Below the pieces are notes generated by a model, which was given only the letters and a program-made list of their open reading frames with translations, did no database searches and had not been told where the DNA came from. The position numbers were made by a program, and so were the translations under genes. This document shows positions 26,942 to 37,049 of a stretch of DNA of 64,000 nt, in pieces. Origin of the DNA: Planctomycetota bacterium (GTDB lineage Bacteria; Planctomycetota; UBA1135; UBA2386); contig OZ245838.1 of NCBI GenBank assembly GCA_965228735.1, forward strand, positions 4,736,001 to 4,800,000, written 5' to 3'. The stretch's first letter is position 1, and each line of letters opens with the position of its first letter.

Positions 26942-27418
26942 GTGGCCAAGCCAGCGACAACGCGAGACAGTCAGGGCCGGTTCTCCCGCGGCAACGCCGG
27001 AGGACCAGGCCGGCCCAAGGGCGGCGGCACGCGCGAACTGCAGCAAGCGATCACCGAGGCCGTTGGCCCGGAGCACATGCAGGCGATCATGCGCAAGGCG
27101 CTGATCCTCGCGCTCAACGGCAACCTCTCGGCGATGAAGTTCGTCGCCGACCGGGCCTGCGGTAAGCCAACCGACGCGCCGGCAGCAGCCGATCCGATCG
27201 ACATCGAACTTCCACGCCTGCGGAATACAGCCGATTGCGACCGAGCGCTCGACGTCGTGGTCCAGGGAGTCTGCAGCGGCACCGTCGATCGGGACACGGC
27301 GCGCCTGTTCACAGACCTGATCCAGGCCCGCGTGAAGACGATCGAAGCCAAGGAGCTCGAGCAGCGGATCGCCGAGTTGGAGCAGACCCTGTCCGCTACC
27401 GGTCACCAACCGCGGTGA
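26942..27418 (+). CDS. DUF5681 / terminase-small-subunit-like protein
   Basis: RDSQGRFSRGNAGGPGRPKG N-terminal motif; C-terminal ELEQRIAELE coiled coil; GAGG before the GTG. Confidence 0.6.
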   Translation: MAKPATTRDSQGRFSRGNAGGPGRPKGGGTRELQQAITEAVGPEHMQAIMRKALILALNGNLSAMKFVADRACGKPTDAPAAADPIDIELPRLRNTADCDRALDVVVQGVCSGTVDRDTARLFTDLIQARVKTIEAKELEQRIAELEQTLSATGHQPR

Positions 27419-27962
27419 TGCGCCGGATCGCAGATAGCGTCAGGGCGCTCTGCCCGTCGTGTTCGCAGCCGACCGCGACGACCGTCGACAAGACGGTCCA
27501 TTCGTGCCCACGAGATGTCGTGACCGTGGTCGCCGACATAATGGCCACACCGCCGCGCGTGGGCTCGATTCGCAAGTTCCGTTCGCCGAGGGTGGCGAGC
27601 CCTTCTCCCGGCTCGACTGCGAGCCGAGCGTCTGTCAGTTGGCATTCGCACCGATAGCCACTACCGCGCCTGTGTGCGGCCACAGTGCCCACAATCGTGC
27701 CAACCTCTGCGCCGCCTTCGGTCAGAGCATCAGCGCGACACCGAGCCACCACGGGCTCGTCGTGGCCCACGACGAGCCCACGGCTCAGTGCCGCGAGGAA
27801 GTCGATGCCGACGAGGTGCGCGAACGTCGCATCGAACGCGAGCACGGGCTCCGTTGACGTTGGCGTGAACGCCACTGCATCGGGCCGCACTACACCGGAG
27901 CCCTCGGTTCGAACTGGATGTCCGCTCGTGCTGCCTGTGAGCACGTATTCGAACTTGGTCAC
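27396..27962 (-). CDS. Hypothetical protein
   Basis: ORF directly downstream of the controller-like gene; no family recognised. Confidence 0.45.
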   Translation of the reverse strand: MTKFEYVLTGSTSGHPVRTEGSGVVRPDAVAFTPTSTEPVLAFDATFAHLVGIDFLAALSRGLVVGHDEPVVARCRADALTEGGAEVGTIVGTVAAHRRGSGYRCECQLTDARLAVEPGEGLATLGERNLRIEPTRGGVAIMSATTVTTSRGHEWTVLSTVVAVGCEHDGQSALTLSAIRRITAVGDR

Positions 27963-27999
27963 ACCGGCATGCTTGCTCTGATGCGCCGGTCAGATCCAG

Positions 28000-28245
28000 T
28001 CACTTCTTGCTGCGTTCTGCGCTTCGCAGCAGCCCGGCGGGTGTCGTGCCCAGGGCCTGAGTCAGCCGGATCAGCGTCGCGACCGTGGGGTTGCGGATAC
28101 CGCGCTCGATGCCACTTACGTAGGTCCGGTCCAGTTCGACTTCGAAAGCGAACTGCTCCTGAGACAGCCCGAGTTTCTCCCGGTATCGCCTGACCGAACG
28201 CCCGAGGGCGGCAAGGTAGGCGTCGGATCCGGGGGTTTCGCGCAC
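28000..28245 (-). CDS. XRE HTH regulator resembling restriction-modification controller (C) proteins
   Basis: LSQEQFAFEVELDRTYVSGIERGIRNPTVATLIRL; C-box upstream; start placed at GTG 28245. Confidence 0.88.
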   Translation of the reverse strand: MRETPGSDAYLAALGRSVRRYREKLGLSQEQFAFEVELDRTYVSGIERGIRNPTVATLIRLTQALGTTPAGLLRSAERSKK

Positions 28246-28267
28246 GCCGAAACGGTCTCGCCGTGCA

Positions 28268-28297
28268 GACTGGAGGACCACGGACTATAAGTCACAC
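28268..28297 (-). promoter_or_regulatory. C-box operator (GACTTATAGTC-CGTG-degenerate second site)
   Basis: Minus strand reads TGTGACTTATAGTCCGTGGTCCTCCAGTC, matching the GACT-N3-AGTC C.Esp1396I/C.AhdI-type box. Confidence 0.75.
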
Positions 28298-28341
28298 TCC
28301 GGACTTGCTCTGGTCGGGAACACAGAGGTAGGACTGGGCTT

Positions 28342-28656
28342 ATGAGTCGACGCCGGAGAGCGAAGCCAGCGCACTCGCCTGCCGGGGGCGTGATCAAGAT
28401 GCTCCTGATCTGCTGGACCATCTTCTGCGCCGTCTGGGTCCTGTTCTCGTTTTTCCTTGGCACCCTTCGTGGCAAGGAACCAGGCGAAGAGGCCGCCTAC
28501 GCGTGCATGTCGATCTTCGGTTCCGCGACCGGGCTGGTGGCCTGGTTCGTTGGCGTTGTGCCGCTCGGAATCCTGTTCGCGGTTTTCGGCCAGCCCCGCA
28601 GGCACGACTACGCCGAGGACGACCTGCCCCCGATTCGACGACGGAGAAGACGATGA
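28342..28656 (+). CDS. Small 2-TM membrane protein
   Basis: Two hydrophobic helices; ATGA overlap with the next gene. Confidence 0.6.
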   Translation: MSRRRRAKPAHSPAGGVIKMLLICWTIFCAVWVLFSFFLGTLRGKEPGEEAAYACMSIFGSATGLVAWFVGVVPLGILFAVFGQPRRHDYAEDDLPPIRRRRRR

Positions 28657-29510
28657 AGAACACGCAGATGCTGATCGGCGCGGTGCTCTGGTGGATCAGT
28701 GCAAGCCCTGCCCTTGCCGCTCCCCAGACCGAGGTCAAGCCGGAGCGGCGCGCGACGTCCGAGGTCGAAGCAGCCTCACGGGCCCTTGCGACGCTCTCTG
28801 CACGGCTCGCAGAGCTGCAAGTGCAGGTTCGCGAGGCGATCGAGCAGGCTCGCGCTTCCGAGACAGCGGAGGAAGAGGCAGCGTTCTCGGAGCGGGTGCT
28901 CGCACTGAACGAGGAGCTTGCCTCGGTCGCTGCGGAGTTCGCGGAGCGGGCCGCAGCGCTTCGTGACGCTACGGATCCGACGAAGTCGCGGATCCTCGCT
29001 GCGCTCCGGCTTCCGGACCTGGATGAGGTCGAGAACGAGCTAGAAGCCATCGAGTCCGAGCTAGAGAAGCGGGAGAACGCGGACGTGTCGCGGCGCATGC
29101 TCGGGCTCGTGACCTACTACATCGCCGACACCATGCGGGAGCGGGCGGAACGGATGGCGCGGTCGAATCGGGACGACCGGAGGGCCGCCGGCATCTATTC
29201 GAGGGCGAGCAAGAAGTTCGGGAAGGTCCTGGATCACGTCGACGTCAGCGTTCCCGAGATCGGATCCTCCCTGCATGCAGCCGCACTGCACCGAATTGCG
29301 CACGCAGAAGCGATCCTGAGCGCCGGTTACACCGCGCTAGTCAAGCGGGGCCACAACGCCAGGTCGTCGCGGTCGAAGGCTCAGACGCACTGGAAGCGCG
29401 CGAGCCATGCGCTAGCCGAGCTGGAGCGCCTCCACGCCGACAAGCGGTATGCGAACCGGCGCAGCATCCTCGAAGCCGCCAAGTCGGATGTTCGCCGCCT
29501 CGTGCGGTGA
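28653..29510 (+). CDS. Secreted helical/coiled-coil protein
   Basis: GGAG RBS; signal peptide MKNTQMLIGAVLWWISASPALA-APQ. Confidence 0.7.
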   Translation: MKNTQMLIGAVLWWISASPALAAPQTEVKPERRATSEVEAASRALATLSARLAELQVQVREAIEQARASETAEEEAAFSERVLALNEELASVAAEFAERAAALRDATDPTKSRILAALRLPDLDEVENELEAIESELEKRENADVSRRMLGLVTYYIADTMRERAERMARSNRDDRRAAGIYSRASKKFGKVLDHVDVSVPEIGSSLHAAALHRIAHAEAILSAGYTALVKRGHNARSSRSKAQTHWKRASHALAELERLHADKRYANRRSILEAAKSDVRRLVR

Positions 29511-29528
29511 CGTTCAGCAGGCTGGCGC

Positions 29529-30224
29529 TTAACGAGATCGCTGCGCCATGAGGCTCTGCAGATGCTGCAGCGCTATAGCCTTCTCGTCATCGGTCGCCGC
29601 CGCCACCTGATCGAACGCCGCCAGAAGCTCGGCGTCCTCCTCGCCGCCGAGGATCGGATGAAGCGCCAGGAACTCGGCGAACGCGACGACAGCATCACGC
29701 AAGCTCTCGTGCTCTGGTAGTTCTCCGAGCCTGGAGAAGCGGGAACAGGCCTCTGCGAGCTTCCGAAACCGGAAGTCGTTTCGGCCGAAGGATGCGCACA
29801 GTGTCTTGTGCTTCTCGATCGCGCGCTTGGCCTGTGCCTCATACGGAGGCTGAATCAGGATCTCTGGCCAGCCGAGCAAGTGCAGCCCGATGCTGCCGAA
29901 CTCCGGCACCTCCATCCCCTCATCGACGAAGTTCCGGTTCGTGACGTCGAAGCCGGCTCGAATGGCGAGTCGTAGGGCCAGCCGCGCCACGTTCCTCGCG
30001 CCAGGTCGACTGCCAACGGCTTCACTGAGCAACGCCTGGCGAATCGATACGAGTTGTGACGCACGAAGCGCCTCTTCCGCTGTTCGCTGCGCGAGTTCCT
30101 TGTGGTCGGGAAGCTTGCCGGTTTCCTGAAAGCTTGCGAGTGCGGCTTCCACTGCCTGTGGCGTCGCAGGCATCGCTTGCACGCTGTCGTGGATCTTGCT
30201 GAGTCGTTTGTTCCGGTTGCGCAT
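29529..30224 (-). CDS. Hypothetical protein co-transcribed with the ParB-MTase
   Basis: GAGGAG RBS; 15 bp downstream of the MTase. Confidence 0.7.
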   Translation of the reverse strand: MRNRNKRLSKIHDSVQAMPATPQAVEAALASFQETGKLPDHKELAQRTAEEALRASQLVSIRQALLSEAVGSRPGARNVARLALRLAIRAGFDVTNRNFVDEGMEVPEFGSIGLHLLGWPEILIQPPYEAQAKRAIEKHKTLCASFGRNDFRFRKLAEACSRFSRLGELPEHESLRDAVVAFAEFLALHPILGGEEDAELLAAFDQVAAATDDEKAIALQHLQSLMAQRSR

Positions 30225-30239
30225 GTCTCCTCACGTAGT

Positions 30240-31526
30240 TCACTGCAGCATGTCGTTGACCGCGTCCCGCTCCGCCGCGATCTCGGTAAAGGTCCGGCCG
30301 TCGCCGTCTCGCATTGCTTCCTTGCCCGTGGCGGATTGCCAGCGGCGAATGGAAACGTCGACGAAGGGTGGACTGATCTCGATCGCGCGGCATCGACGGC
30401 CAGTCTTCTGCGCCGCGATGATTTGCGACCCGCTGCCCGAGAACGGTTCGAACACAACGTCGCCGGGCCTCGTGTGCTTCTTGAGCGGGCGAACGAACAG
30501 CTCGACCGGCTTCGATGTTGGGTGCTCTGCCCCCGTAGAGCGGGCCTTGCCGTCGAAGTCGATCTCCCACACGGAATCGTGATCGTGGACTCCGTCGTGC
30601 TCGGGTTGGTCGCCCTTTCGCCATCCCATCACGCATGGCTCATGGCGGAAGTGCCAATAGACGCGACCGAACACCGGGCTCGGCTTCACCCAGATAATCT
30701 GCTGGTGGTCGAGGATGCCGAGCTCGCGCCAGATGCGCTGCAGGTCGCCGCTCCGCTTGTGCGCGTGCCAGCAGTAGATTGCAGCCTTGTGCCCGAGCAC
30801 CTCCAGGACGTTCTTGAACACAGCGCGGAAGAACGCGTCGGGGTCTTTGATCGACACCTCGTCGTAGCGGTCCGTCCAGTCCTTACCCGCGTCGTTTGGT
30901 CGGTCGCCGGTGTAGTCGACAAGGTAGGGCGGGTCGGTTGCGACGAGCGCGGCCTTCTCGCCGTCCATGATGCGGAGGACGTCGTTCAGGTTCGTGGAGT
31001 CGCCGCAGAGCAGGCGGTGTTCGCCCAGGATCCAGAGTTCACCCGGCTTCGCGATCGCGACATCGGGCGGATCGTCAGCCCCGTCATCATCCGTATCGTC
31101 GTCATCGTCCTCGTCGCGCAGCCTCGCGAGCAGGTCGTCGACTTCGTCTTCGGTGTAGCCGACGCCGTCGAGTTCGTCCTCGGACTTGAGTTGCTCGAGC
31201 AGCTGGGCCAGCTCAGTCTCGTTCCACTCCGCGAACTCGTGGGTGCGGTTGTCCGCGATAGCGAACGCGGCCGCGTCGAGGTCGTTGCCGTCGAACCACC
31301 AGACCGGGACCTCGGTCATGCCGAGGCTCTCCGCTGCCTTCAAACGTGTATTGCCGGCGACGACTTCACCCGAGCGTCGTGCGACGATTGGCTGTTGCCA
31401 ACCGAACCGCCGCAAGCTCGCAGCGACGTGTGGAATGGCCGCGTCGTTGCGGCGTGGGTTCGTGGGTGAGCAGTGGAGCCGATCGATCGCGACGGTCTCG
31501 ATCGGCGGAGAGTTGGAATTGTCCAA
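30240..31526 (-). CDS. ParB-N plus N6/N4 DNA methyltransferase (phage-type)
   Basis: NPRRN...FGWQQPI...AGNTRL...ADNR ParB domain; DPPY; HPTSKP; FEPFSGSGS. Confidence 0.93.
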   Translation of the reverse strand: MDNSNSPPIETVAIDRLHCSPTNPRRNDAAIPHVAASLRRFGWQQPIVARRSGEVVAGNTRLKAAESLGMTEVPVWWFDGNDLDAAAFAIADNRTHEFAEWNETELAQLLEQLKSEDELDGVGYTEDEVDDLLARLRDEDDDDDTDDDGADDPPDVAIAKPGELWILGEHRLLCGDSTNLNDVLRIMDGEKAALVATDPPYLVDYTGDRPNDAGKDWTDRYDEVSIKDPDAFFRAVFKNVLEVLGHKAAIYCWHAHKRSGDLQRIWRELGILDHQQIIWVKPSPVFGRVYWHFRHEPCVMGWRKGDQPEHDGVHDHDSVWEIDFDGKARSTGAEHPTSKPVELFVRPLKKHTRPGDVVFEPFSGSGSQIIAAQKTGRRCRAIEISPPFVDVSIRRWQSATGKEAMRDGDGRTFTEIAAERDAVNDMLQ

Positions 31527-31727
31527 GATCGCACCTCATGCGGGAGGGGAGCCGCTTGGAGGTGAGCTTGGACGGTGGCTCGGCCTGTGCAGTCTAGCGC
31601 AGAGATGCCGCCCACCGCGCGCATACTTGAGGGATAGCGGGAGCCTCTGCCGTAGTCTGGGGTGGTCGCCCAGGGGGCAGGTGCACGCGGAGAGCGTGCC
31701 GCGCTGCCCGCGAAAGCTCAGGTTCGC

Positions 31728-32426
31728 ATGCCAAAGTCGATCAAGTTCTTCCAGATGGATCACGAGGACGCCCCGCGTCGGGTGCTCGAAGCGAAATTCG
31801 AAGACTCTGAGTGGGCCGCGATCGAGCGGTTCGTCGAATGCGCGCAGCGCATTGTGGAGAACGGGATCACAACCGACGCCTATCCACTCGGATCGAAGCT
31901 GCACTGGGAAGCCGGCGAGCTGCGGACGGAAGTGACGCTGCCGCCCATCGAGGCGCAGGAGTCCTTTCTGCTTCGCATGCGGATGGTGCTCTTACAGAAA
32001 GAGCCGACCTACTTTGGCAAGATCGCCAACCACCTTGCCCGCCGGGTCGCCGACGACAAGTTCAGGTCCGCGATCGAGATCCTCAAGCAGCAGTTCGCCG
32101 GAACAGTCATCCGATCGAAGCTGCGCGTCAGGGCCTACGCGAGTTCGAAGGAGTCCCTGGAGATTACGAGCGAAGAGGCGTTGGACGTCTGGCTGAACAG
32201 CGAGCTCTATCACGGCGACGCGGACAAGCGGGAGCTGCTTCGCCGTGTGCATGGGCTGATGCCGATGGAGTCGTCGCGCGTTCTGTTCCTCTTCCTGCTG
32301 CGTGACAAGGCCCTCGCTTGCGTCAATCTCGCGAACTTCATCCGCGTGCTCGATGGCAGGCAGGAGTCGTTCTCTTTTCGAACAGGTGACCAGTCTCTAC
32401 CCAGCGCCGACGAGGACGCCCGATGA
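31728..32426 (+). CDS. Hypothetical protein, possibly HEPN-like helical fold
   Basis: FLLRMR...EPTYF...WLNSELYHGD; coupled to the next gene. Confidence 0.6.
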   Translation: MPKSIKFFQMDHEDAPRRVLEAKFEDSEWAAIERFVECAQRIVENGITTDAYPLGSKLHWEAGELRTEVTLPPIEAQESFLLRMRMVLLQKEPTYFGKIANHLARRVADDKFRSAIEILKQQFAGTVIRSKLRVRAYASSKESLEITSEEALDVWLNSELYHGDADKRELLRRVHGLMPMESSRVLFLFLLRDKALACVNLANFIRVLDGRQESFSFRTGDQSLPSADEDAR

Positions 32427-33193
32427 TCGACATCGAACATGAGATGAACGCCTGCGCGCGCAGCATCGGTGGTGAGGTGCTCGATGAGGTGCTTCCCGCC
32501 AAGCGCGACTTCAAGAACGCGGACTACCGATTCGAAGACGCCGCGGTCATCGCTGAGCTCAAGACCATCGAGACGGACGTCGCCAACGACGACACCTTCA
32601 AGGACCGCGCCGGGGCGCTGCACAAGAGATGGCTGGATGAGGGTCGGATCTCGCCGGCCATCCTCAAGCCGATCGGGAATGACCTCTACGAGTTCAACAT
32701 TGGCGACCTGCCGGAGGACTGCCGATTCGAACTCCTTGGTGTTGTGCGCAACCGCGTCTTCGGCGAAGCCCTCAAGGGGGCGAGCAAGCAGCTCCGGCAA
32801 ACTAGAGAGCGATTAGGACCTCCCAATGCTAAGGGGCTACTGCTGCTGTGCATCGACGCAGACACTGGCCTAAGCTTGCGCGTGGTCCAGCACACGGTCG
32901 GCGAGCTGATGATGCGACACGGCTCGCGCAACCGGGGGATCGCGAGCATTGTGCTTTTCTCCGCCAACTACTGCATCGACATGCCTGGAGGCGCTCCGGT
33001 TCGCCCATGGATGTTCCTCACCGGCATCGACCGCGATGCGATCAGCACGGGTTTCGCCCGAAAGCTCGGGCAGGCGTGGGAAGCACGGATGGAAACGCAC
33101 GGCGGGCCGCCCGTTCTGCGCATGGGAGACGGCAGTCTCGCCGTCCCCGACGCATTGAGCGACCAGAACTTGCGGCCTATTGAGCGGCACTGA
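32423..33193 (+). CDS. Putative PD-(D/E)XK nuclease-fold protein
   Basis: KNADYRF...VIAELKT motif. Confidence 0.55.
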   Translation: MIDIEHEMNACARSIGGEVLDEVLPAKRDFKNADYRFEDAAVIAELKTIETDVANDDTFKDRAGALHKRWLDEGRISPAILKPIGNDLYEFNIGDLPEDCRFELLGVVRNRVFGEALKGASKQLRQTRERLGPPNAKGLLLLCIDADTGLSLRVVQHTVGELMMRHGSRNRGIASIVLFSANYCIDMPGGAPVRPWMFLTGIDRDAISTGFARKLGQAWEARMETHGGPPVLRMGDGSLAVPDALSDQNLRPIERH

Positions 33194-33456
33194 ACCCCGC
33201 GACCGAGCTGGGGATGCCGAAGAGTTTGTGCGCTACCGGCAGGTAAGCACCCGGTCGCTCTCCTCAAGCTCGACCAGGTGACCGCGAATCTCCTCGATCC
33301 GCTCGGGTGAGTGTCGTGCCATCCGCGCAGTCTGGCGCGCGGAGCTGCGATCAACAGATGGGAGCTACCGGGTGCTTACGGAAGAAGTCAGATGCTTGAG
33401 GAAATGCGACGGCCCGGGACGCCGCGACCGGCAGTCTACGGTCGTAGAGTGGCCGG

Positions 33457-34650
33457 ATGCCCGAGCACCAGACCGGTATTCCTGGCGACTACACCCTCGG
33501 CGAGCTGCACGACTTGCTTTGGTCGGTGACGCTGCCAACGGCGGCCCGTCGGCTCGATTGCGACAAGGACTGGCTGCGTGAGTTCTGCGACTACTCGGTG
33601 ATCCCCCTTCCGAAAGCCGACTACTGGCAGAAGAAGCGTTCGGGCAAGCGCGTTCATCAGCGCCGCCTGCCGAAGGGGCTAGACCGACGAGAGACGATCG
33701 CCGCGTTGGTCGAGCGTAGGCGTCGAGGTCAGCCACCAATCGATCCGATCGAGGACGAGCAAGACGTGCTCGACTTGATCGCCGTGATCGATGAGTTGGA
33801 GGTCGAGTTTCGTTCGCCAGACTCGAAGGCTCGGCTTCACCCCGTCGTGGCCGCTACGCGACGGGTGATGAAGAAGACAGCGCGCGACCAGTGGTCGACA
33901 CGATTCAACCGCATTCGGCGACGCTCGTCCTTCGCCGAACCGGTGTTCATCGCCGAGGTCGGCGTCGAGTCCGTTGTCCGGACGGCCCACCTCTTGCAGG
34001 GGCTCGTCGAGGCGGTGCGCAAACTAGGCGGTGATGTTGACGCGTCGCGCGGTGATGTTGCCTGCATCGAGCTACTTGGCGTGCTTCACCGCGTTCGAGT
34101 TCGTGAGCGGCTCAAGCGCCACCGCGAGGCCGCCGAGTCACGCGAGACGGTGCGAGAGTGTTGGCGGCCGACAGGAGTGCTCGAACTGCACGTGGAGTCG
34201 TGGCTCGGCGGTGATCTCTTGGAGAAGTGGACGGATCGCCGAGCGCCGCTCGAAGCCCAGATGCGCGACATTCTGGTTGGTCTGGTTCGAGTTGCGCAGG
34301 TCACGCGTGCCGAGCACCGGGCTCGTCAGCTCGCCGAGGAGCAGGCCAAGCGGGAGCGGGAGGAGCGTCGGCGCGAGGCCGAAGAAGCCGAGCGCCACAA
34401 GCACCGTGGCAAGGCCCTACTTGAAGTCGCACAACAACACGCGGCTTGGAGCACTGTTGCGCGGCTGCTTCATGGCTTCCGAGGGGGCGGCGCGTTGCCC
34501 GGTGACCTTGAGCACTGGTTGTTTCGGGCCGAGGCTGCGGCCCAAGAGCTCAACCCGCTGGCTGACGGTGTCGCGTCCCTACGCGACGCAGTGGAGAAGC
34601 GGGTCGACGAGCAGATGCGCGGTTGGCACTACTACGACCGGCACTACTGA
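33457..34650 (+). CDS. Conserved island hypothetical protein with N-terminal HTH-like domain
   Basis: ELHDLLWS...AARRL...C...IPLPKADYWQK, a motif common in integrative elements. Confidence 0.75.
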   Translation: MPEHQTGIPGDYTLGELHDLLWSVTLPTAARRLDCDKDWLREFCDYSVIPLPKADYWQKKRSGKRVHQRRLPKGLDRRETIAALVERRRRGQPPIDPIEDEQDVLDLIAVIDELEVEFRSPDSKARLHPVVAATRRVMKKTARDQWSTRFNRIRRRSSFAEPVFIAEVGVESVVRTAHLLQGLVEAVRKLGGDVDASRGDVACIELLGVLHRVRVRERLKRHREAAESRETVRECWRPTGVLELHVESWLGGDLLEKWTDRRAPLEAQMRDILVGLVRVAQVTRAEHRARQLAEEQAKREREERRREAEEAERHKHRGKALLEVAQQHAAWSTVARLLHGFRGGGALPGDLEHWLFRAEAAAQELNPLADGVASLRDAVEKRVDEQMRGWHYYDRHY

Positions 34651-34943
34651 TGAGCACCGCTGTTGTGCGCCGCCACCGTTGCCGACTCCGGCGAGGCTCG
34701 AAACAAACGGTGCTGCCATAAGCGAGTTGAAGAGCGCTACCGACTACCCTGCTATCGTCTGAGTTGCGATTATGAATACCTCGCAAGCTGCTAGACCAGA
34801 AATAGCCGCGATCAGCTCGTTGTGTTTCCTCAGTCCTTGCCTGGTGGGATTCGCGTTATTTGCCAGTGGGCGTTTTCGCGAGTCGAACGGGGAATGATCG
34901 CTCCGTTATTGAAGCCGAGCCACTCAGGTCTGGGGATGAACGA

Positions 34944-36307
34944 GGGAGTGTGCGATGAACGGTGTATTCGCGTGACGGCTGGTGGGATCCTCTGACCCGT
35001 AGGGAGCCCACCGATGACCCCGAAGAAGAATGACCGCCACCGAATCCCGGACGAGCTGATCGACCAGCTCCTCGCCAACTACGAGAAGCCAGAAGACCTG
35101 ACAGGAAAGGACGGCATCCTCAAGGAGCTGACGGCCCGGCTGCTCGGCCGAGCCCTCGAAGGCGAGATGACCGAGCACCTCGGCTACGAGAAGCACGCAC
35201 CGCGTGCCGAGGGCACGAGCAACGCGCGCAACGGATCACGCAGCAAGACGATCAAGGTCGAGGACGGCGAGCTCGAGATCGAGGTGCCGCGCGATCGCGA
35301 CAGCACGTTCGAGCCCGAGATCGTCAAGAAGCGCCAGAGACGCTTCGCGGGCTTCGACGAGAAGATCCTGGCGCTCTACGCCCGCGGCATGACCGTCCGC
35401 GACATCCAGGGCCACCTGGAGGAGCTGTACGGCGTCGAGGTCTCGCCATCGCTGATCTCGAGCGCCACGTCGGCGGTCCACGAAGACGTCCTGGCCTGGC
35501 AGAGCCGGCCGCTCGAGCCGGTCTACCCGATCGTCTTCCTCGATGCGCTCGTCGTGAAGGTGCGCGACGAAAGCGTCGTCCGAAACAAGTCGGTTTACCT
35601 GGCGATCGGCGTCACGCTCGACGGCCGCCGCGAAGTCCTCGGGATCTGGATCGAGCAGACTGAGGGCGCGAAGTTCTGGCTGAAGGTCATGAACGAGCTG
35701 AAGACGCGCGGCGTCCAGGACATCCTGATTGCGTGCTGCGATGGCCTGAAGGGCTTCCCGGACGCGATCGAGCATGTGTTCCCGCAGGCCACCGTGCAGA
35801 CCTGCATCGTGCACATGATCCGGAACTCGCTGCGCTTCGTCAGCTACAAGGATCGCAAGGCCGTCGCCAAGGACCTCAAGCCGATCTACACGGCCGCCAA
35901 CCGCGAAGCGGCCGAGGCAGCGCTGGATGCCTTCGACAAGAAGTGGGGCCGCCGCTACGAGATGATCACCTCGTCCTGGCGAGCGAACTGGGAGCGTGTC
36001 GTGCCGTTCCTCGACTTCCCGCCCGAGGTCCGGCGCGTGATCTACACGACCAACCAGATCGAGGCGCTCAACTCGAGCCTGCGCAAGCTGCTGCAGTACC
36101 GCGGCCACTTCCCGGACGACAAGTCCGTCACCAAGCTGCTCTACCTCGCGCTGCGTCGCTTCGAGAAGAAGTGGACGCGTGCGCTCTGGAATTGGAGCGC
36201 CGTCCTCGGGCAGCTCGCTATCTTCTTTCAAGGCAGGATACCTGCCCTGTAACCGTGACCTCACTCCGCCAGCTGGTCGCCGTTTACACCGTTAGCTGCA
36301 CACTCCC
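34944..36307 (+). mobile_element. IS256-family insertion sequence
   Basis: Terminal IRs GGGAGTGTGC..AACGGTGTA; 8-bp target duplication ATGAACGA at 34936-34943 and 36308-36315. Confidence 0.95.
35014..36252 (+). CDS. IS256 (Mutator-family) DDE transposase
   Basis: VFLDAL, CDGLKG, QTCIVH, IYTTNQIE motifs. Confidence 0.97.
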   Translation: MTPKKNDRHRIPDELIDQLLANYEKPEDLTGKDGILKELTARLLGRALEGEMTEHLGYEKHAPRAEGTSNARNGSRSKTIKVEDGELEIEVPRDRDSTFEPEIVKKRQRRFAGFDEKILALYARGMTVRDIQGHLEELYGVEVSPSLISSATSAVHEDVLAWQSRPLEPVYPIVFLDALVVKVRDESVVRNKSVYLAIGVTLDGRREVLGIWIEQTEGAKFWLKVMNELKTRGVQDILIACCDGLKGFPDAIEHVFPQATVQTCIVHMIRNSLRFVSYKDRKAVAKDLKPIYTAANREAAEAALDAFDKKWGRRYEMITSSWRANWERVVPFLDFPPEVRRVIYTTNQIEALNSSLRKLLQYRGHFPDDKSVTKLLYLALRRFEKKWTRALWNWSAVLGQLAIFFQGRIPAL

Positions 36308-37049
36308 ATGAACGACTTCGCGCTCGCTTCCTCGGTTGCCGTTCTCAGCGTTCCGAACTGAAGTTGAATCGTGTCGTGGTTGCGAACAATGGTCTCGTCG
36401 CCGTCGACCACTTCCTTGATCAGAGTTGCAATGGCGGTCCCATCTTCTTTCACGTTGTCCGTGAATTCCTTGAGGAGCCTTCTATACTCTTTGTCGGCCG
36501 TGACCCGCGCAGCCTCCGCGGCTTTCTGGGCGATGTCCGCCGCTTCTCTTGCCTGCCGTTCTGCCCGTTCCGCTTCGTGCTTCGACCTTGTTGCGGCACT
36601 GGCGACGAGGTTCGTCATACGGCCCATTATTTCTGTATGGGTCTCGATTGCTTTCTCTGACGCATCTCGCGCGATATTCTCATACCACAAGTGGCCGGTG
36701 CCAAGTGAGAGCAGGAAGCCGAGAGCGATAGCGATGACTGTGCCCACCAGGCTCGACTTCCGACGCCTGGCAAGCTCAGCGTCGTGAACGGCCTTCCACC
36801 GTTCGACTTCTTCGTGGACATCGGCGGTGATCTTTGCACGGATATCTGCGAGCTCCATTAGCCTCTTCTCCTTGGGCGTGACTTCCCGGCCGGCGAAACT
36901 CGGCCCCGGCTCGCAATGGTAGTCGACGCGTCGCACGGCGCAAGTGGAGAGCACGCGGGCGGCGACGGAGCCCACGAAGTCTGAGTCTCCGGGAGGCTAA
37001 TGGCGCCGCATTCTACAGGAAATGCGACGTCGCAGTCCCGGTCTCGTGA

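Larger units (their letters stand above)
34830..36858 (-). pseudogene. Single-TM coiled-coil gene interrupted by IS256
   Basis: 5' part 36858-36308 (...EASAKSF) rejoins in frame with 34943-34830 (IPRPEW...GKD*) once the IS and one target duplication are removed. Confidence 0.75.
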
